Position numbers and translations under genes: made by a program | NCBI GenBank assembly: GCA_964474085.1 | Contig: CAYYRJ010000002.1 | Location: 6,110 to 70,109 of the forward strand | Length of the DNA stretch: 64,000 nucleotides | Direction of reading: 5' to 3' | Source: an uncultured Planctomycetales bacterium | GTDB lineage: Bacteria > Omnitrophota > Gorgyraeia > Zapsychrales > JANLHA01 | The notes under the pieces: model-generated | What the model saw: the letters and a program-made list of their open reading frames with translations, nothing else | Databases searched by the model: none | What the model was told of the DNA's origin: nothing | Shown here: positions 17,815 to 26,953 of the stretch, piece by piece | How the letters are laid out: the number at the start of each line of letters is the position of its first letter | How positions within the stretch are numbered: position 1 is the stretch's first letter

Positions 17815-18816
17815 ATGCCTAAAATAAAACACAGCATTTCGATTATCGGCGACGGGGGATGGGGGACGACCTTGGCGATTTACCTTGCCAAGAAAGAATA
17901 CCGCGTCAAACTCTGGGGCGCGTTTCCCGAGTACGCCGCGCAAGTCCAGGATACGCGCATCAACCGTAAATTTCTTCCCGGCGTTGAAATTCCAGCAAGC
18001 GTTAAAATCACCAGTGATTTAAATTTAGCGGTCAATGAAAGCGAAATTCTTGTCCTTGCTGTCCCGTCCCAATTTTTGCGTTCAGTTTTAAAAAAAATGA
18101 AATCTTTCAATCTCAAGAATAAAATTATTCTCAGCGTCGTCAAAGGTATCGAAACAAAAACTTTGCTGCGCGTCAGTCAAGTGATTAACGATGTTTTGGG
18201 AAATGTCAATTTAGCCGTTCTTTCCGGCCCGACAATTGCCGGGGAAGTCGTCAAAGGGATTCCGACAACTGCGGTCATCGCCGGAAAAAACAGCAAAACC
18301 ACAAAAATTTTACAAGAAATTTTTAATTCCGAAACTTTCAGGATTTATACCAACACAGATTTGATCGGCGTTGAAATAGGCGGGAGCTTAAAAAACGTCA
18401 TCGCGATTTCCTGCGGTGTTTGCGATGGATTAGGATATGGCACCAACACTAAAGCGGCGATCGTCACACGCGGCCTGGCGGAAATGTCACGGTTAGGCAC
18501 TAGTTTGGGAGCCAAGCCAAAAACTTTTGCCGGGTTGACCGGTTTAGGCGATTTGATTACGACCTGTTTTAGCCCGCAAAGCCGCAACCGTACTGTCGGC
18601 GAACAGTTAGGCAAGGGTATTGCGATCAAAACTATTCTTGGCAACATGAACATGGTGGCCGAAGGGGTCGAAACCGCCAAAGCCGCTTACGCCTTAAGCC
18701 GTAAACATAAAATCCCAATGCCGATTACCAGCGAAGTTTACAATATTCTTTTTAAAGGGAAATCCGCAGAAGCCGCCGTCACGGACCTTATGACCCGCAA
18801 AACAAAAGCTGAATGA
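17815..18816 (+). CDS. gpsA: NAD(P)H-dependent glycerol-3-phosphate dehydrogenase
   Basis: ISIIGDGGWGTTLAIYLAKK Rossmann motif and overall GpsA-like sequence; 333 aa. Confidence 0.9.
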   Translation: MPKIKHSISIIGDGGWGTTLAIYLAKKEYRVKLWGAFPEYAAQVQDTRINRKFLPGVEIPASVKITSDLNLAVNESEILVLAVPSQFLRSVLKKMKSFNLKNKIILSVVKGIETKTLLRVSQVINDVLGNVNLAVLSGPTIAGEVVKGIPTTAVIAGKNSKTTKILQEIFNSETFRIYTNTDLIGVEIGGSLKNVIAISCGVCDGLGYGTNTKAAIVTRGLAEMSRLGTSLGAKPKTFAGLTGLGDLITTCFSPQSRNRTVGEQLGKGIAIKTILGNMNMVAEGVETAKAAYALSRKHKIPMPITSEVYNILFKGKSAEAAVTDLMTRKTKAE

Positions 18817-18974
18817 ACCCGTCGAACTTTTCCTTTGCAGGTTTTGGCGATTATAGTATACTGCTTCTTCTAGAATTTACGAACCATTGATTGGTTTAAG
18901 GAAAACAGTATAATACCCAAACGCAACTTTGTAGTCATTTACGCTCTTTACATAGATCTCATTTGCAAATTTTA

Positions 18975-19048
18975 CGGAGCGTAGCGCAGTTGGCTAGCGC
19001 ACTTGAATGGGGTTCAAGAGGTCGTGAGTTCAAACCTCACCGCTCCGA
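18975..19048 (+). tRNA. tRNA-Pro (anticodon GGG)
   Basis: 74 nt; acceptor CGGAGCG/CGCTCCG, anticodon arm CTTGA-ATGGGGT-TCAAG with G37, T-loop TTCAAAC. Confidence 0.85.
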
Positions 19049-19084
19049 CTTTTACAAAAAGTTACACGTGGAAAGGGGATTCTG

Positions 19085-19462
19085 ATGACCAACGAGCCGT
19101 TCCCAGAAAAGCGAAAATATCCACGCATTGCCAAGCACTTTATGTTGTCGTATTTTGACCTTAATGATCCTCTGGTCAAACATAGTGCTTCGCAACTGAA
19201 AAATATCGGTTTAGGAGGCATGTGTTTGATCACATCCAAATCTTTCTCGACGGGAACGAGACTTGGGATCGAACTAAAAACTCCTTTTCTATCAGAGTTT
19301 ATCCATTTAAAAGGGACCGTTTTAGATTCCAAAGAAAAAATACGTAATATTATTTACGAAACCCGTGTGCAGTTTGATGATATCCCTCTGGCAGCACACG
19401 CGGTACTTTCAAAACTCATTGAGCATTTTAGAAACGAAAAGGCAAACGGACACCATGAATAA
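19085..19462 (+). CDS. PilZ-domain (c-di-GMP-binding) protein
   Basis: RKYPRIAKHF (RxxxR) and NIGLGGMCLITSK (D/NxSxGG) PilZ motifs; 125 aa; 3' end overlaps hom start by 8 nt. Confidence 0.6.
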   Translation: MTNEPFPEKRKYPRIAKHFMLSYFDLNDPLVKHSASQLKNIGLGGMCLITSKSFSTGTRLGIELKTPFLSEFIHLKGTVLDSKEKIRNIIYETRVQFDDIPLAAHAVLSKLIEHFRNEKANGHHE

Positions 19463-20759
19463 GATCACTTTAGGGCTTATTGGCTACGGCAATGTCGGCA
19501 GCGGCGTTGTTAACTTTTTACAAAAACGCAAAAGTTTTTTTAAGGACAAATATAATATCGAGTTTGACCTAAGGGCCATTTGTGACCGCAGCATCAAAAA
19601 AAAGTTACCGACGGGCTTAGACAGCACAACGCTTTTGACCACCGACTATAAAAAAGTGATCAATGACCCCGAAATTGATGCGGTCATCGAACTGATTGGC
19701 GGAATTACTCCGGCCCGCGAAATCGTCCTTGAGGCGCTTAAAAAAGGCAAACACATCGTGACCGCCAACAAAAGTCTTTTGGCCATGCACGGCAAAGAAC
19801 TTTTTCAAGAAGCACATAGCTGCAACCGCAATATATATTTTGAATCCTCGGTTATGGCCGGCGTTCCTTTGATCAAAATGCTCACCGAAGGCTTGGCAGG
19901 GAATAAATTCAAAAGCCTTTATGGAATTATCAATGGGACCTGCAATTATATTTTGACCGAGATGACGCAAAAGGACCTTAATTTTGGCCAAGCGCTCGCC
20001 GCGGCGCAAGCCAAAGGTTTTGCCGAAAGCAATCCCACACTTGACATCAACGGCATGGACTCAGCGTCGAAGCTGGCGATCCTCGTTTCCTTAACGATGG
20101 GAAAATTTATCAGCGCCCAACAAGTTTACACTGAAGGGATTACACAAATTTCGCATCACGATATTGAGCACGCCGAAAGTTTAGGGCTGACAATCAAACT
20201 TTTGGCGATTGCTAAAAAAGCAAATCACGAAATCGAGGCCCGCGTGCATCCGACGCTTATTTCCAAAAAACATCCGCTATCCGACGTTAATGGAATTTTT
20301 AACGCGATGTTTATAAACGCAAGTCCCATGGGTGATGTGCTTTTGTCTGGCGAAGGGGCAGGACAGATGACAGCCGCATCCGGGGTTATCAGTGATCTTT
20401 TTCAATTAGCTTCCCGCGTAGGTTGCCCAGCCGACCAATATTTGGCCAATATTTACCGCGAAGCTCCCGAAACAAAAATCCGTAAAATCGACGATATTTC
20501 GACACGATTTTATATCCGTTTTATGGCCCCTGACAAAGTCGGCGTGCTTTCAAAGATCACCGGAATTTTAAGCAAGCATAAGATCAGTATTAATTCGGTC
20601 ACCCAAAAAGCTCATGATCATTGGGCATCCGCGCTTCCGGTCATTATGTTGACCGACGTCGCACAGGAAAAAATGGTCCGCATCGCACTCGATAAAATTC
20701 ACAAACAAGGCATTGTCAAGTCAAAGCCCGTCGCGATCCGCATGGAAGAGTTAAAGTAA
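19455..20759 (+). CDS. hom: homoserine dehydrogenase with C-terminal ACT domain
   Basis: MNKITLGLIGYGNVGSGVV NAD-binding start, central catalytic domain, ACT domain at C-terminus; ATG 19455 preferred over tracker start 19365. Confidence 0.9.
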   Translation: MNKITLGLIGYGNVGSGVVNFLQKRKSFFKDKYNIEFDLRAICDRSIKKKLPTGLDSTTLLTTDYKKVINDPEIDAVIELIGGITPAREIVLEALKKGKHIVTANKSLLAMHGKELFQEAHSCNRNIYFESSVMAGVPLIKMLTEGLAGNKFKSLYGIINGTCNYILTEMTQKDLNFGQALAAAQAKGFAESNPTLDINGMDSASKLAILVSLTMGKFISAQQVYTEGITQISHHDIEHAESLGLTIKLLAIAKKANHEIEARVHPTLISKKHPLSDVNGIFNAMFINASPMGDVLLSGEGAGQMTAASGVISDLFQLASRVGCPADQYLANIYREAPETKIRKIDDISTRFYIRFMAPDKVGVLSKITGILSKHKISINSVTQKAHDHWASALPVIMLTDVAQEKMVRIALDKIHKQGIVKSKPVAIRMEELK

Positions 20760-21811
20760 TGTTATATAAAGGCCTTATCGAAAAATATCGGGCATTTTTG
20801 CCTGTGAGCGACAAAACACCTGTCGTGACTTTGTGCGAAGGAAACACGCCGCTTATTTTTTCTGAGGATCTTTCCAACGATCTTGGACTTAAGGTCTATC
20901 TTAAATATGAAGGCTTAAACCCGACCGGTTCTTTTAAAGATCGCGGGATGACCATGGCGATTTCCAAGGCCAAAGAAAAAAAGGCGACAACTGTGATGTG
21001 TGCATCGACAGGAAACACGTCCGCGTCCGCCGCTGCCTATGCAGCTAAATGCGGACTTCAATGCGCCGTCCTTATTCCTGACGGGAATATCGCTTTAGGA
21101 AAACTGGCCCAAGCGATGATCCACAATGCTAAAGTCATTGCGATCCGCGGCAATTTTGACGATGCTCTTAATTTAGTCAAAACGATCACCGGAAAATACC
21201 CGATCGAATTGGTCAATTCTTTAAATCCGTTTCGGATTGAAGGCCAAAAAACCGCAGCGTTTGAAATTTGCGACAGCTTAGGTGATGCACCGGAATTTCA
21301 TGCGATTCCCGTCGGCAACGCTGGGAACATCACCGCTTACTGGAAAGGCTATAAAGAATACCAAACAGCCGGCAAGTCAAAAACCTTGCCCAAAATGCTT
21401 GGGTTTCAGGCTGCGGGATCCGCCCCGATTGTTTTAAATCATGTTGTTGAAAACCCTCAAACCCTGGCGACGGCAATTCGTATTGGAAATCCGGCCAGTT
21501 GGAAACAGGCCCTTGAAGCGCGCGATCAGTCCAAGGGCTTAATTGATAGCGTCACCGACGAAGAAATCGTTTGTGCCTATAAGCGTTTAGCCAAAGGCGG
21601 CGTTTTTGCCGAACCGGCATCTGCCGCTTGCGTTGCCGGAATTATTAAATTAGGCGGCCAAGGCTATTTCAAAAATTTTAAAGGCGCCCGTATTGTCTGC
21701 ACTCTGACCGGCCATGGGTTAAAGGATCCGAACATCGCAATAAAAAATGTCGGGCAGCCGGTTGTGCTTAATGCAGATATTAAGGAAATTTTAAAAGAAG
21801 TCGGCCTCTAA
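20759..21811 (+). CDS. thrC: threonine synthase
   Basis: PLP fold-type II with TGSFKDRGMT lysine motif and overall ThrC similarity; overlaps hom stop. Confidence 0.9.
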   Translation: MLYKGLIEKYRAFLPVSDKTPVVTLCEGNTPLIFSEDLSNDLGLKVYLKYEGLNPTGSFKDRGMTMAISKAKEKKATTVMCASTGNTSASAAAYAAKCGLQCAVLIPDGNIALGKLAQAMIHNAKVIAIRGNFDDALNLVKTITGKYPIELVNSLNPFRIEGQKTAAFEICDSLGDAPEFHAIPVGNAGNITAYWKGYKEYQTAGKSKTLPKMLGFQAAGSAPIVLNHVVENPQTLATAIRIGNPASWKQALEARDQSKGLIDSVTDEEIVCAYKRLAKGGVFAEPASAACVAGIIKLGGQGYFKNFKGARIVCTLTGHGLKDPNIAIKNVGQPVVLNADIKEILKEVGL

Positions 21812-22500
21812 TGATTCGTTTAACACAAACAAAAAAATCATTGGCGGGCAAACGCATCTTGATTACCAGTGGGCCCACGGCTGTAGGGCTTGATCCGATG
21901 CGAGTCATCAGCAATCGGGCAACCGGAGAATTAGGACAAAAAATTGCAGTCGCCTTAAGCCAAATCGGGGCTAAGGTCACTTTGTTGCAAGGAGCCGTCG
22001 CGCAACAATTCCAGGCAAAAAGCATCCGGATCAAAAGATTTTATTTTTACGACGAGCTAGCAGCACTTTTAAAAACAGAGCTTAAAAAAAAATATGATGC
22101 GGTCATTCACAATGCCGCAGTTTCGGACTATCAACTCAAAAAACCATTTGCATCAAAACTTGATTCCGACAAAAAAACTTTGACCATAACGCTTGTCCCG
22201 ACGAAAAAACTGATTAGTACAATAAAAGTTCTGGCGCCAAAAACATTTTTAGTCGGATTTAAGCTTGAGGATTTCAAAAACGAAAAAGATGTCGTATCAG
22301 AAGCCCAAAAACTGATCGCAAACTCGCAATGCGATCTGGTTGTGGCCAATACCTTAAAAGGGGGCTACAAAGCCACCGTTTTGGATCGCGACGCTAAAAT
22401 TTGCAGTCATGCGTATTCACGTTCGCAATTAACAAAAAACCTTGTTTGTGCATTGAAGGAAAATTTATCTAAAAATTGGACATGCCTTCCTCCCCATTGA
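21811..22500 (+). CDS. CoaB-like protein (phosphopantothenoylcysteine synthetase / DFP C-terminal domain family)
   Basis: KRILITSGPTAVGLDPMRVISNRATGELGQKIA matches the CoaB domain signature (ITxGPTxEPIDPVRxIxNxSSGKxG); stand-alone, inside the thr-lys operon. Confidence 0.6.
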   Translation: MIRLTQTKKSLAGKRILITSGPTAVGLDPMRVISNRATGELGQKIAVALSQIGAKVTLLQGAVAQQFQAKSIRIKRFYFYDELAALLKTELKKKYDAVIHNAAVSDYQLKKPFASKLDSDKKTLTITLVPTKKLISTIKVLAPKTFLVGFKLEDFKNEKDVVSEAQKLIANSQCDLVVANTLKGGYKATVLDRDAKICSHAYSRSQLTKNLVCALKENLSKNWTCLPPH

Positions 22501-22531
22501 TAGGGGAGGGAAATTTAATTGAAGGAAAATT

Positions 22532-23734
22532 ATGAAGTACATCATCATCGTCCCCGACGGAATGGCAGACAATCCGATTGAAGAACTCAGGGACAAAACG
22601 CCGCTGGAAGCTTGCCGGCGCACGAATATGGATTACCTGGCCAAGCACGGCATGACGGGTTTGATTAAAACCATTCCTGACAATTTTCATCCCGGCTCCG
22701 AAATCGGAAATCTCTCGCTGTTAGGATACAAGCCAGAAAACCACTTCACCGGACGAGCGCCGCTGGAAGCCGCAAATTTGGGTATAAAACTTGCGGACGA
22801 TGAAATTGCCTTTCGATGCAATCTCGTGACCATTGTCGCCGGTAAAATGGCTGATTACAGCGCCGGGCATATTTCGACACAAGAAGCCGCAGAACTCATC
22901 GCCTCGTTAAATGAAAAAATGGCCGAAACTGATATCAAGTTTTATGCCGGGCAAAGCTATCGGCATTTGCTGGTGATGCGAGTGCGGAATATTTCTGATT
23001 TCATGAAAGTCAAGTGCGTGCCGCCGCATGACATTATCAATCAGGATATCGCGAAGTATTTGCCGTCGGGAACATCGGGGACTTTACTTTTAAAATATAT
23101 GGAAAAAGCGTCCCGGATTCTTTCTGAACATCCGATCAATAAAGTCCGCGTAGACCTTAAAGAAAATCCGGGCAGCCACATTTGGCTCTGGGGACAGGGA
23201 ACAAAACCGCATTTGCCGTCGTTTAAAGAAAAATTTAACGTTGAAGGTTCGATTATTTCCGCCGTGGATTTGATCAATGGCATCGGCCGGCTCTCGGGTT
23301 TGGAAGTGATCAAAGTTCCCGGCGCAAACGGCTACTATGACACCAACTACGCCGGCAAAGCACAGGCCGCGATAGACTCGTTAAAAACAAAAGATTTTGT
23401 GTTTGTTCATATCGAAGGCCCCGACGAAGCCGGTCACAATGGCGACTATAAGGCCAAAATCCATTGCATTGAACATATCGACCGCGAAATTGTGGGCCCA
23501 ATCCTTAATCATTTCCAGGGGGTCACCGATATGCGCATGGTCGTTTTGCCGGATCACCCCACACCGGTCAAACTGCGCACGCACACACGCGAACCGGTCG
23601 GGTTTGTGATGTTTGGCAAAGGAATTATCCCCGACGACTCGACAAGCTATTGCGAGTCATCCTGCAAACAGCGGGGTCTTAAGTTTAAAAATGGCGAAGA
23701 ATTTATGGAATATTTTATGCGCAAGAATGTTTAA
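22532..23734 (+). CDS. cofactor-independent phosphoglycerate mutase homolog (ApgM family); probable non-canonical homoserine kinase given operon context
   Basis: MKYIIIVPDGMADNPIEELRDKTPLEA metalloenzyme/ApgM N-terminus; sits between thrC and lysC with no thrB nearby. Confidence 0.75.
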   Translation: MKYIIIVPDGMADNPIEELRDKTPLEACRRTNMDYLAKHGMTGLIKTIPDNFHPGSEIGNLSLLGYKPENHFTGRAPLEAANLGIKLADDEIAFRCNLVTIVAGKMADYSAGHISTQEAAELIASLNEKMAETDIKFYAGQSYRHLLVMRVRNISDFMKVKCVPPHDIINQDIAKYLPSGTSGTLLLKYMEKASRILSEHPINKVRVDLKENPGSHIWLWGQGTKPHLPSFKEKFNVEGSIISAVDLINGIGRLSGLEVIKVPGANGYYDTNYAGKAQAAIDSLKTKDFVFVHIEGPDEAGHNGDYKAKIHCIEHIDREIVGPILNHFQGVTDMRMVVLPDHPTPVKLRTHTREPVGFVMFGKGIIPDDSTSYCESSCKQRGLKFKNGEEFMEYFMRKNV

Positions 23735-23877
23735 CCCGGATTTTGTATTAGCCTCGCTCCTGCGAGGCCAAGCAAAATTCGCCCGAAGGGTCGCATGTCT
23801 TAACAAAGTTAAGACGTGCGAGGTTAATCCTTGCGGTAACCCGCAAGGATTAAGAACAAAAGGAGAAAAGCTAAGAA
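23735..23877 (+). promoter_or_regulatory. structured leader upstream of lysC with 13-bp perfect inverted repeat abutting the RBS
   Basis: gcctcgctcctgcgaggc hairpin, then TTAATCCTTGCGG-taa-CCCGCAAGGATTAA (23822-23853) followed by aaaggagaaaagctaagaaATG; no U-run. Confidence 0.3.
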
Positions 23878-25098
23878 ATGGCCAAACCGATTATTGTACA
23901 AAAATTTGGCGGATCTTCCGTCGCAAATGTTGAACGCATCAAAGCTGTTGCGCAAAGAATCGTTGAAACCAAAACAAAAAGAAATAACGTTGTCGTCGTT
24001 GTTTCCGCTTTAGGTGATACCACCGATGACTTGGTGGACCTTGCCGCAAAAATCTCTGAGCACCCCCCCGAGCGGGAAATGGATATGCTTATGGCAACCG
24101 GTGAGCAAATTTCCTGTGCACTTGTCGCCATGGCGGTCAAGGAGCTTGGACACGACGCTGTTTCTTTTACTGGCGGGCAAGTCGGAATTTTGACCGACGA
24201 CACACACACAAAAGCGAAAATACAAAAAATCAACGCTAAGGCGATCCGCAAAGCGCTTCGCGCAAACAAAATTGTTATCGTCGCCGGTTTTCAAGGCGTG
24301 ACAAAAGATAATGAAATCACAACCTTAGGGCGCGGCGGCTCTGATCTTACGGCTGTTGCTCTGGCCATCGCTATTGAAGCGAAGGTCTGCGAAATTTTTA
24401 CGGATGTCGCTGGGATTTATACGACCGACCCGCGAATTGTACCAGCCGCACAGAAGATCAAAGAAATCACATTCGATGAAATGCTCGAGATGGCTTCATT
24501 GGGCGCGCAGGTCATGCAGCCGCGTTCGATTGAAGTTGCCCGACGATTTAATATTCCACTACATGTTCGTTCAAGCTTCTCTAAGGAGGAAGGGACTATG
24601 ATTATCAAGAATACTCAAAAACTCGAAGACTTGGCCGTCAGCGGTATTACCTGCAACAAGGCGGAAGCCAAGATCACCATTTGCGGGGTTCAGGACAAGC
24701 CGGGGGTCGCGGCAGAAATTTTTACACAAATTTCTAACGCCGGGGTCATGGTTGACACGATCGTCCAAAACGTCGGACATACGCGCCAAACGGATATTTC
24801 CTTTACTGTGCTTAAAACTGATTTAGCCAAAGCACTCAAAGCCACGACGAGTATCGCCGAAAAATTAAAAGCCGGCGAAGTTTTGCACGACAAAAACATT
24901 GCGCGCATTTCCATCGTCGGTTCCGGCATGCGCTCACATCGCGGGGTGGCGGCAAAAATGTTTCAAACCTTGGCCGAAAACGAAGTCAATATCGAAATGA
25001 TCACCACATCCGACATCAGCGTCTCGTGTATCATCGAACAAACGCAGGCAGAAAAAGCAGTCAAAGCCCTGCATAAAGCGTTTGGCTTGGAAGGATAA
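23878..25098 (+). CDS. lysC: aspartate kinase with tandem ACT domains
   Basis: IVQKFGGSSVANVERIKAVA amino-acid kinase N-terminus; C-terminal ACT repeats; 406 aa. Confidence 0.9.
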   Translation: MAKPIIVQKFGGSSVANVERIKAVAQRIVETKTKRNNVVVVVSALGDTTDDLVDLAAKISEHPPEREMDMLMATGEQISCALVAMAVKELGHDAVSFTGGQVGILTDDTHTKAKIQKINAKAIRKALRANKIVIVAGFQGVTKDNEITTLGRGGSDLTAVALAIAIEAKVCEIFTDVAGIYTTDPRIVPAAQKIKEITFDEMLEMASLGAQVMQPRSIEVARRFNIPLHVRSSFSKEEGTMIIKNTQKLEDLAVSGITCNKAEAKITICGVQDKPGVAAEIFTQISNAGVMVDTIVQNVGHTRQTDISFTVLKTDLAKALKATTSIAEKLKAGEVLHDKNIARISIVGSGMRSHRGVAAKMFQTLAENEVNIEMITTSDISVSCIIEQTQAEKAVKALHKAFGLEG

Positions 25099-25104
25099 TT
25101 CTTT

Positions 25105-26673
25105 ATGGCAAAACCCATCACCATTTACGACACAACCCTTCGCGACGGTTCCCAGACCGAAGGGATATCGTTTACGGTCAATGACAAACTTAAAATCACC
25201 GAAAAGCTTGATAGCTTAGGCGTTCATTACATCGAAGGCGGCTGGCCGGGATCCAACCCCAAGGACCGCGATTATTTTCTTGCTGTCAAAGAAAAAAAAC
25301 TTAAGCACGCTAAAATTGCGGCCTTCGGTTCAACCCGACGGGCGAATGTCAAACCCGAGGATGATGCTAACCTGCAGGAGCTTATCAAGTCCGAAACTCC
25401 GACGGTAACGATCTTCGGCAAAAGTTGGGATTTGCATGTCACTGATATTATCAAGACGACTTTAGACGAAAATCTTAAAATGATTTTTGAGTCTGTGGAC
25501 TTTTTAAAGAAAAAGAAAAAGGAAGTCTTTTACGACGCGGAACATTTCTTTGACGGATACAAGCGCAATCCGCAGTATGCGCTTAAAACGATTTTGGCCG
25601 CGCAAAAAGCCAAAGCCGATTGCATCATCCTCTGTGACACCAACGGCGGGACACTGCCGCAAGAGGTGAGCAAAATCGTCGCGCAAGTTAAAAAGAAAAT
25701 CAAAACGCCCTTAGGCATTCACACGCACAATGACCTTGATCTGGCTGTGGCCAATTCGCTTGCGGCAATTGAAATGGGCGCTGTGCAAGTGCAGGGGACT
25801 TTTAACGGTTTAGGCGAGCGCTGCGGCAATGCGGACTTAGGAACCGTCGTCGGGATTTTGCATACCAAATTAAACCGCAAATCGCTTGCTGACAACAAGA
25901 TCAAACTTTTGACCGAAACATCCTATTTCATCAGCGAAATCAGTAATGTCAAACTCGCGGATAATCACGCTTTTGTCGGGCACTCAGCGTTTGCGCACAA
26001 AGGGGGAGTGCATATTGACGCAATGCTCAAAAACCCGCTGGCCTATGAGCATATTGAGCCGTCGATCGTCGGTAATCACCGGCGTTTTGTCACCTCAGAA
26101 TTAGCCGGCAAAATGCCGATTATTTTGCGCGCCAAAAAGATGAATATCGATCTCGACAAAAAGTCCCCGCAGTCGCAGGAACTTTTAAAAAAATTGCAAG
26201 AAATGGAACACGCCGGGTACCAATTTGAAGCGGCCGATGCGTCGTTTGAATTATTTATGAAACGCGCGCTCAATAAATACACGCCGTTTTTTACGCTCGA
26301 AAGCTTTAAAGTCACCACCGAAAAACGTTTTGACGGCCGCACGTTTGCGGAAGGTTCGGTACGTTTAAATGTTAAGGGCCACGAAGAATTTTGTGCGGCC
26401 ACAGGCGACGGGCCGGTAGACGCGCTGGATAAGGCCGCACGCCAAGCGCTGTCTAAATTTTATCCTACCTTAGTCCAAATGCATCTAACGGATTACAAGG
26501 TGCGCGTCCTGGATTCTAAAGAAGGCACAGCAGCACGCGTGAGGGTCTTAATCGAGTCCCAAGATGAGAGCGATTCGTGGACGACGATGGGAGTCCATGA
26601 AAACATCATCGAAGCCTCCTGGGAAGCCTTGACGGATTCGATTGAGTATAAATTGTTGAAGGATAAAAAATAA
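25105..26673 (+). CDS. cimA: (R)-citramalate synthase / 2-isopropylmalate synthase family enzyme with C-terminal LeuA-dimer regulatory domain
   Basis: PITIYDTTLRDGSQTEGISFTVNDKLKITEKLDSLGVHYIEGGWPGSNPKD DRE-TIM barrel motifs; 522 aa typical of CimA/LeuA type 2. Confidence 0.8.
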   Translation: MAKPITIYDTTLRDGSQTEGISFTVNDKLKITEKLDSLGVHYIEGGWPGSNPKDRDYFLAVKEKKLKHAKIAAFGSTRRANVKPEDDANLQELIKSETPTVTIFGKSWDLHVTDIIKTTLDENLKMIFESVDFLKKKKKEVFYDAEHFFDGYKRNPQYALKTILAAQKAKADCIILCDTNGGTLPQEVSKIVAQVKKKIKTPLGIHTHNDLDLAVANSLAAIEMGAVQVQGTFNGLGERCGNADLGTVVGILHTKLNRKSLADNKIKLLTETSYFISEISNVKLADNHAFVGHSAFAHKGGVHIDAMLKNPLAYEHIEPSIVGNHRRFVTSELAGKMPIILRAKKMNIDLDKKSPQSQELLKKLQEMEHAGYQFEAADASFELFMKRALNKYTPFFTLESFKVTTEKRFDGRTFAEGSVRLNVKGHEEFCAATGDGPVDALDKAARQALSKFYPTLVQMHLTDYKVRVLDSKEGTAARVRVLIESQDESDSWTTMGVHENIIEASWEALTDSIEYKLLKDKK

Positions 26674-26692
26674 TTAAACCTGACCATTTTAT

Positions 26693-26923
26693 CCCCCTCT
26701 TAAGTTACAGACTGGGTCAGATGCAGGGGCATTCTGAAAAGTGGATTCCCGCTTTCGCGGGAATGACAAAAGAGGTAGTGTCATCCCTGCGAAAGCAGGG
26801 ATCCAGGGTTTTAGTGGCACATAATTAAAAAATTTTATGTTCTCGACGACAAGCTATAATTCATCGTCGACAAATATCATTAAATCTCTCCCCATCTGAC
26901 CCAGCCTGAAGTTAAAGAGGGGG
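26693..26923. mobile_element. MITE-like non-autonomous element with 31-bp imperfect terminal inverted repeats carrying GNRA-hairpin repeat units
   Basis: Left end CCCCCTCTTAAGTTACAGACTGGGTCAGATG vs right end CATCTGACCCAGCCTGAAGTTAAAGAGGGGG (about 26 of 31 complementary); interior holds TGGATTCCCGC-tttc-GCGGGAATGACA and TGTCATCCCTGC-gaaa-GCAGGGATCCA plus TCGACGA...TCGTCGA; no ORF. Confidence 0.55.
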
Positions 26924-26953
26924 CAGCGGGGGAGTTCTAAAAAAATAAAATTT

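Noticed and set aside
22483-22512. Hairpin CCTTCCTCCCC-attgata-GGGGAGGGAA at the end of the CoaB-like gene, considered as a terminator or REP element
   Set aside because: No downstream U-tract and the next gene starts 20 nt later in an apparent operon. Single occurrence. Insufficient evidence for function beyond a local stem-loop.
23613-23933. 106-aa ORF spanning the lysC leader, and a possible lysine riboswitch in the same region
   Set aside because: The ORF runs across an intergenic hairpin-rich leader and into lysC in another frame, with no RBS. The leader is too short (143 nt) and lacks the lysine-riboswitch core sequences I can recognise. Kept only as an unclassified structured leader.
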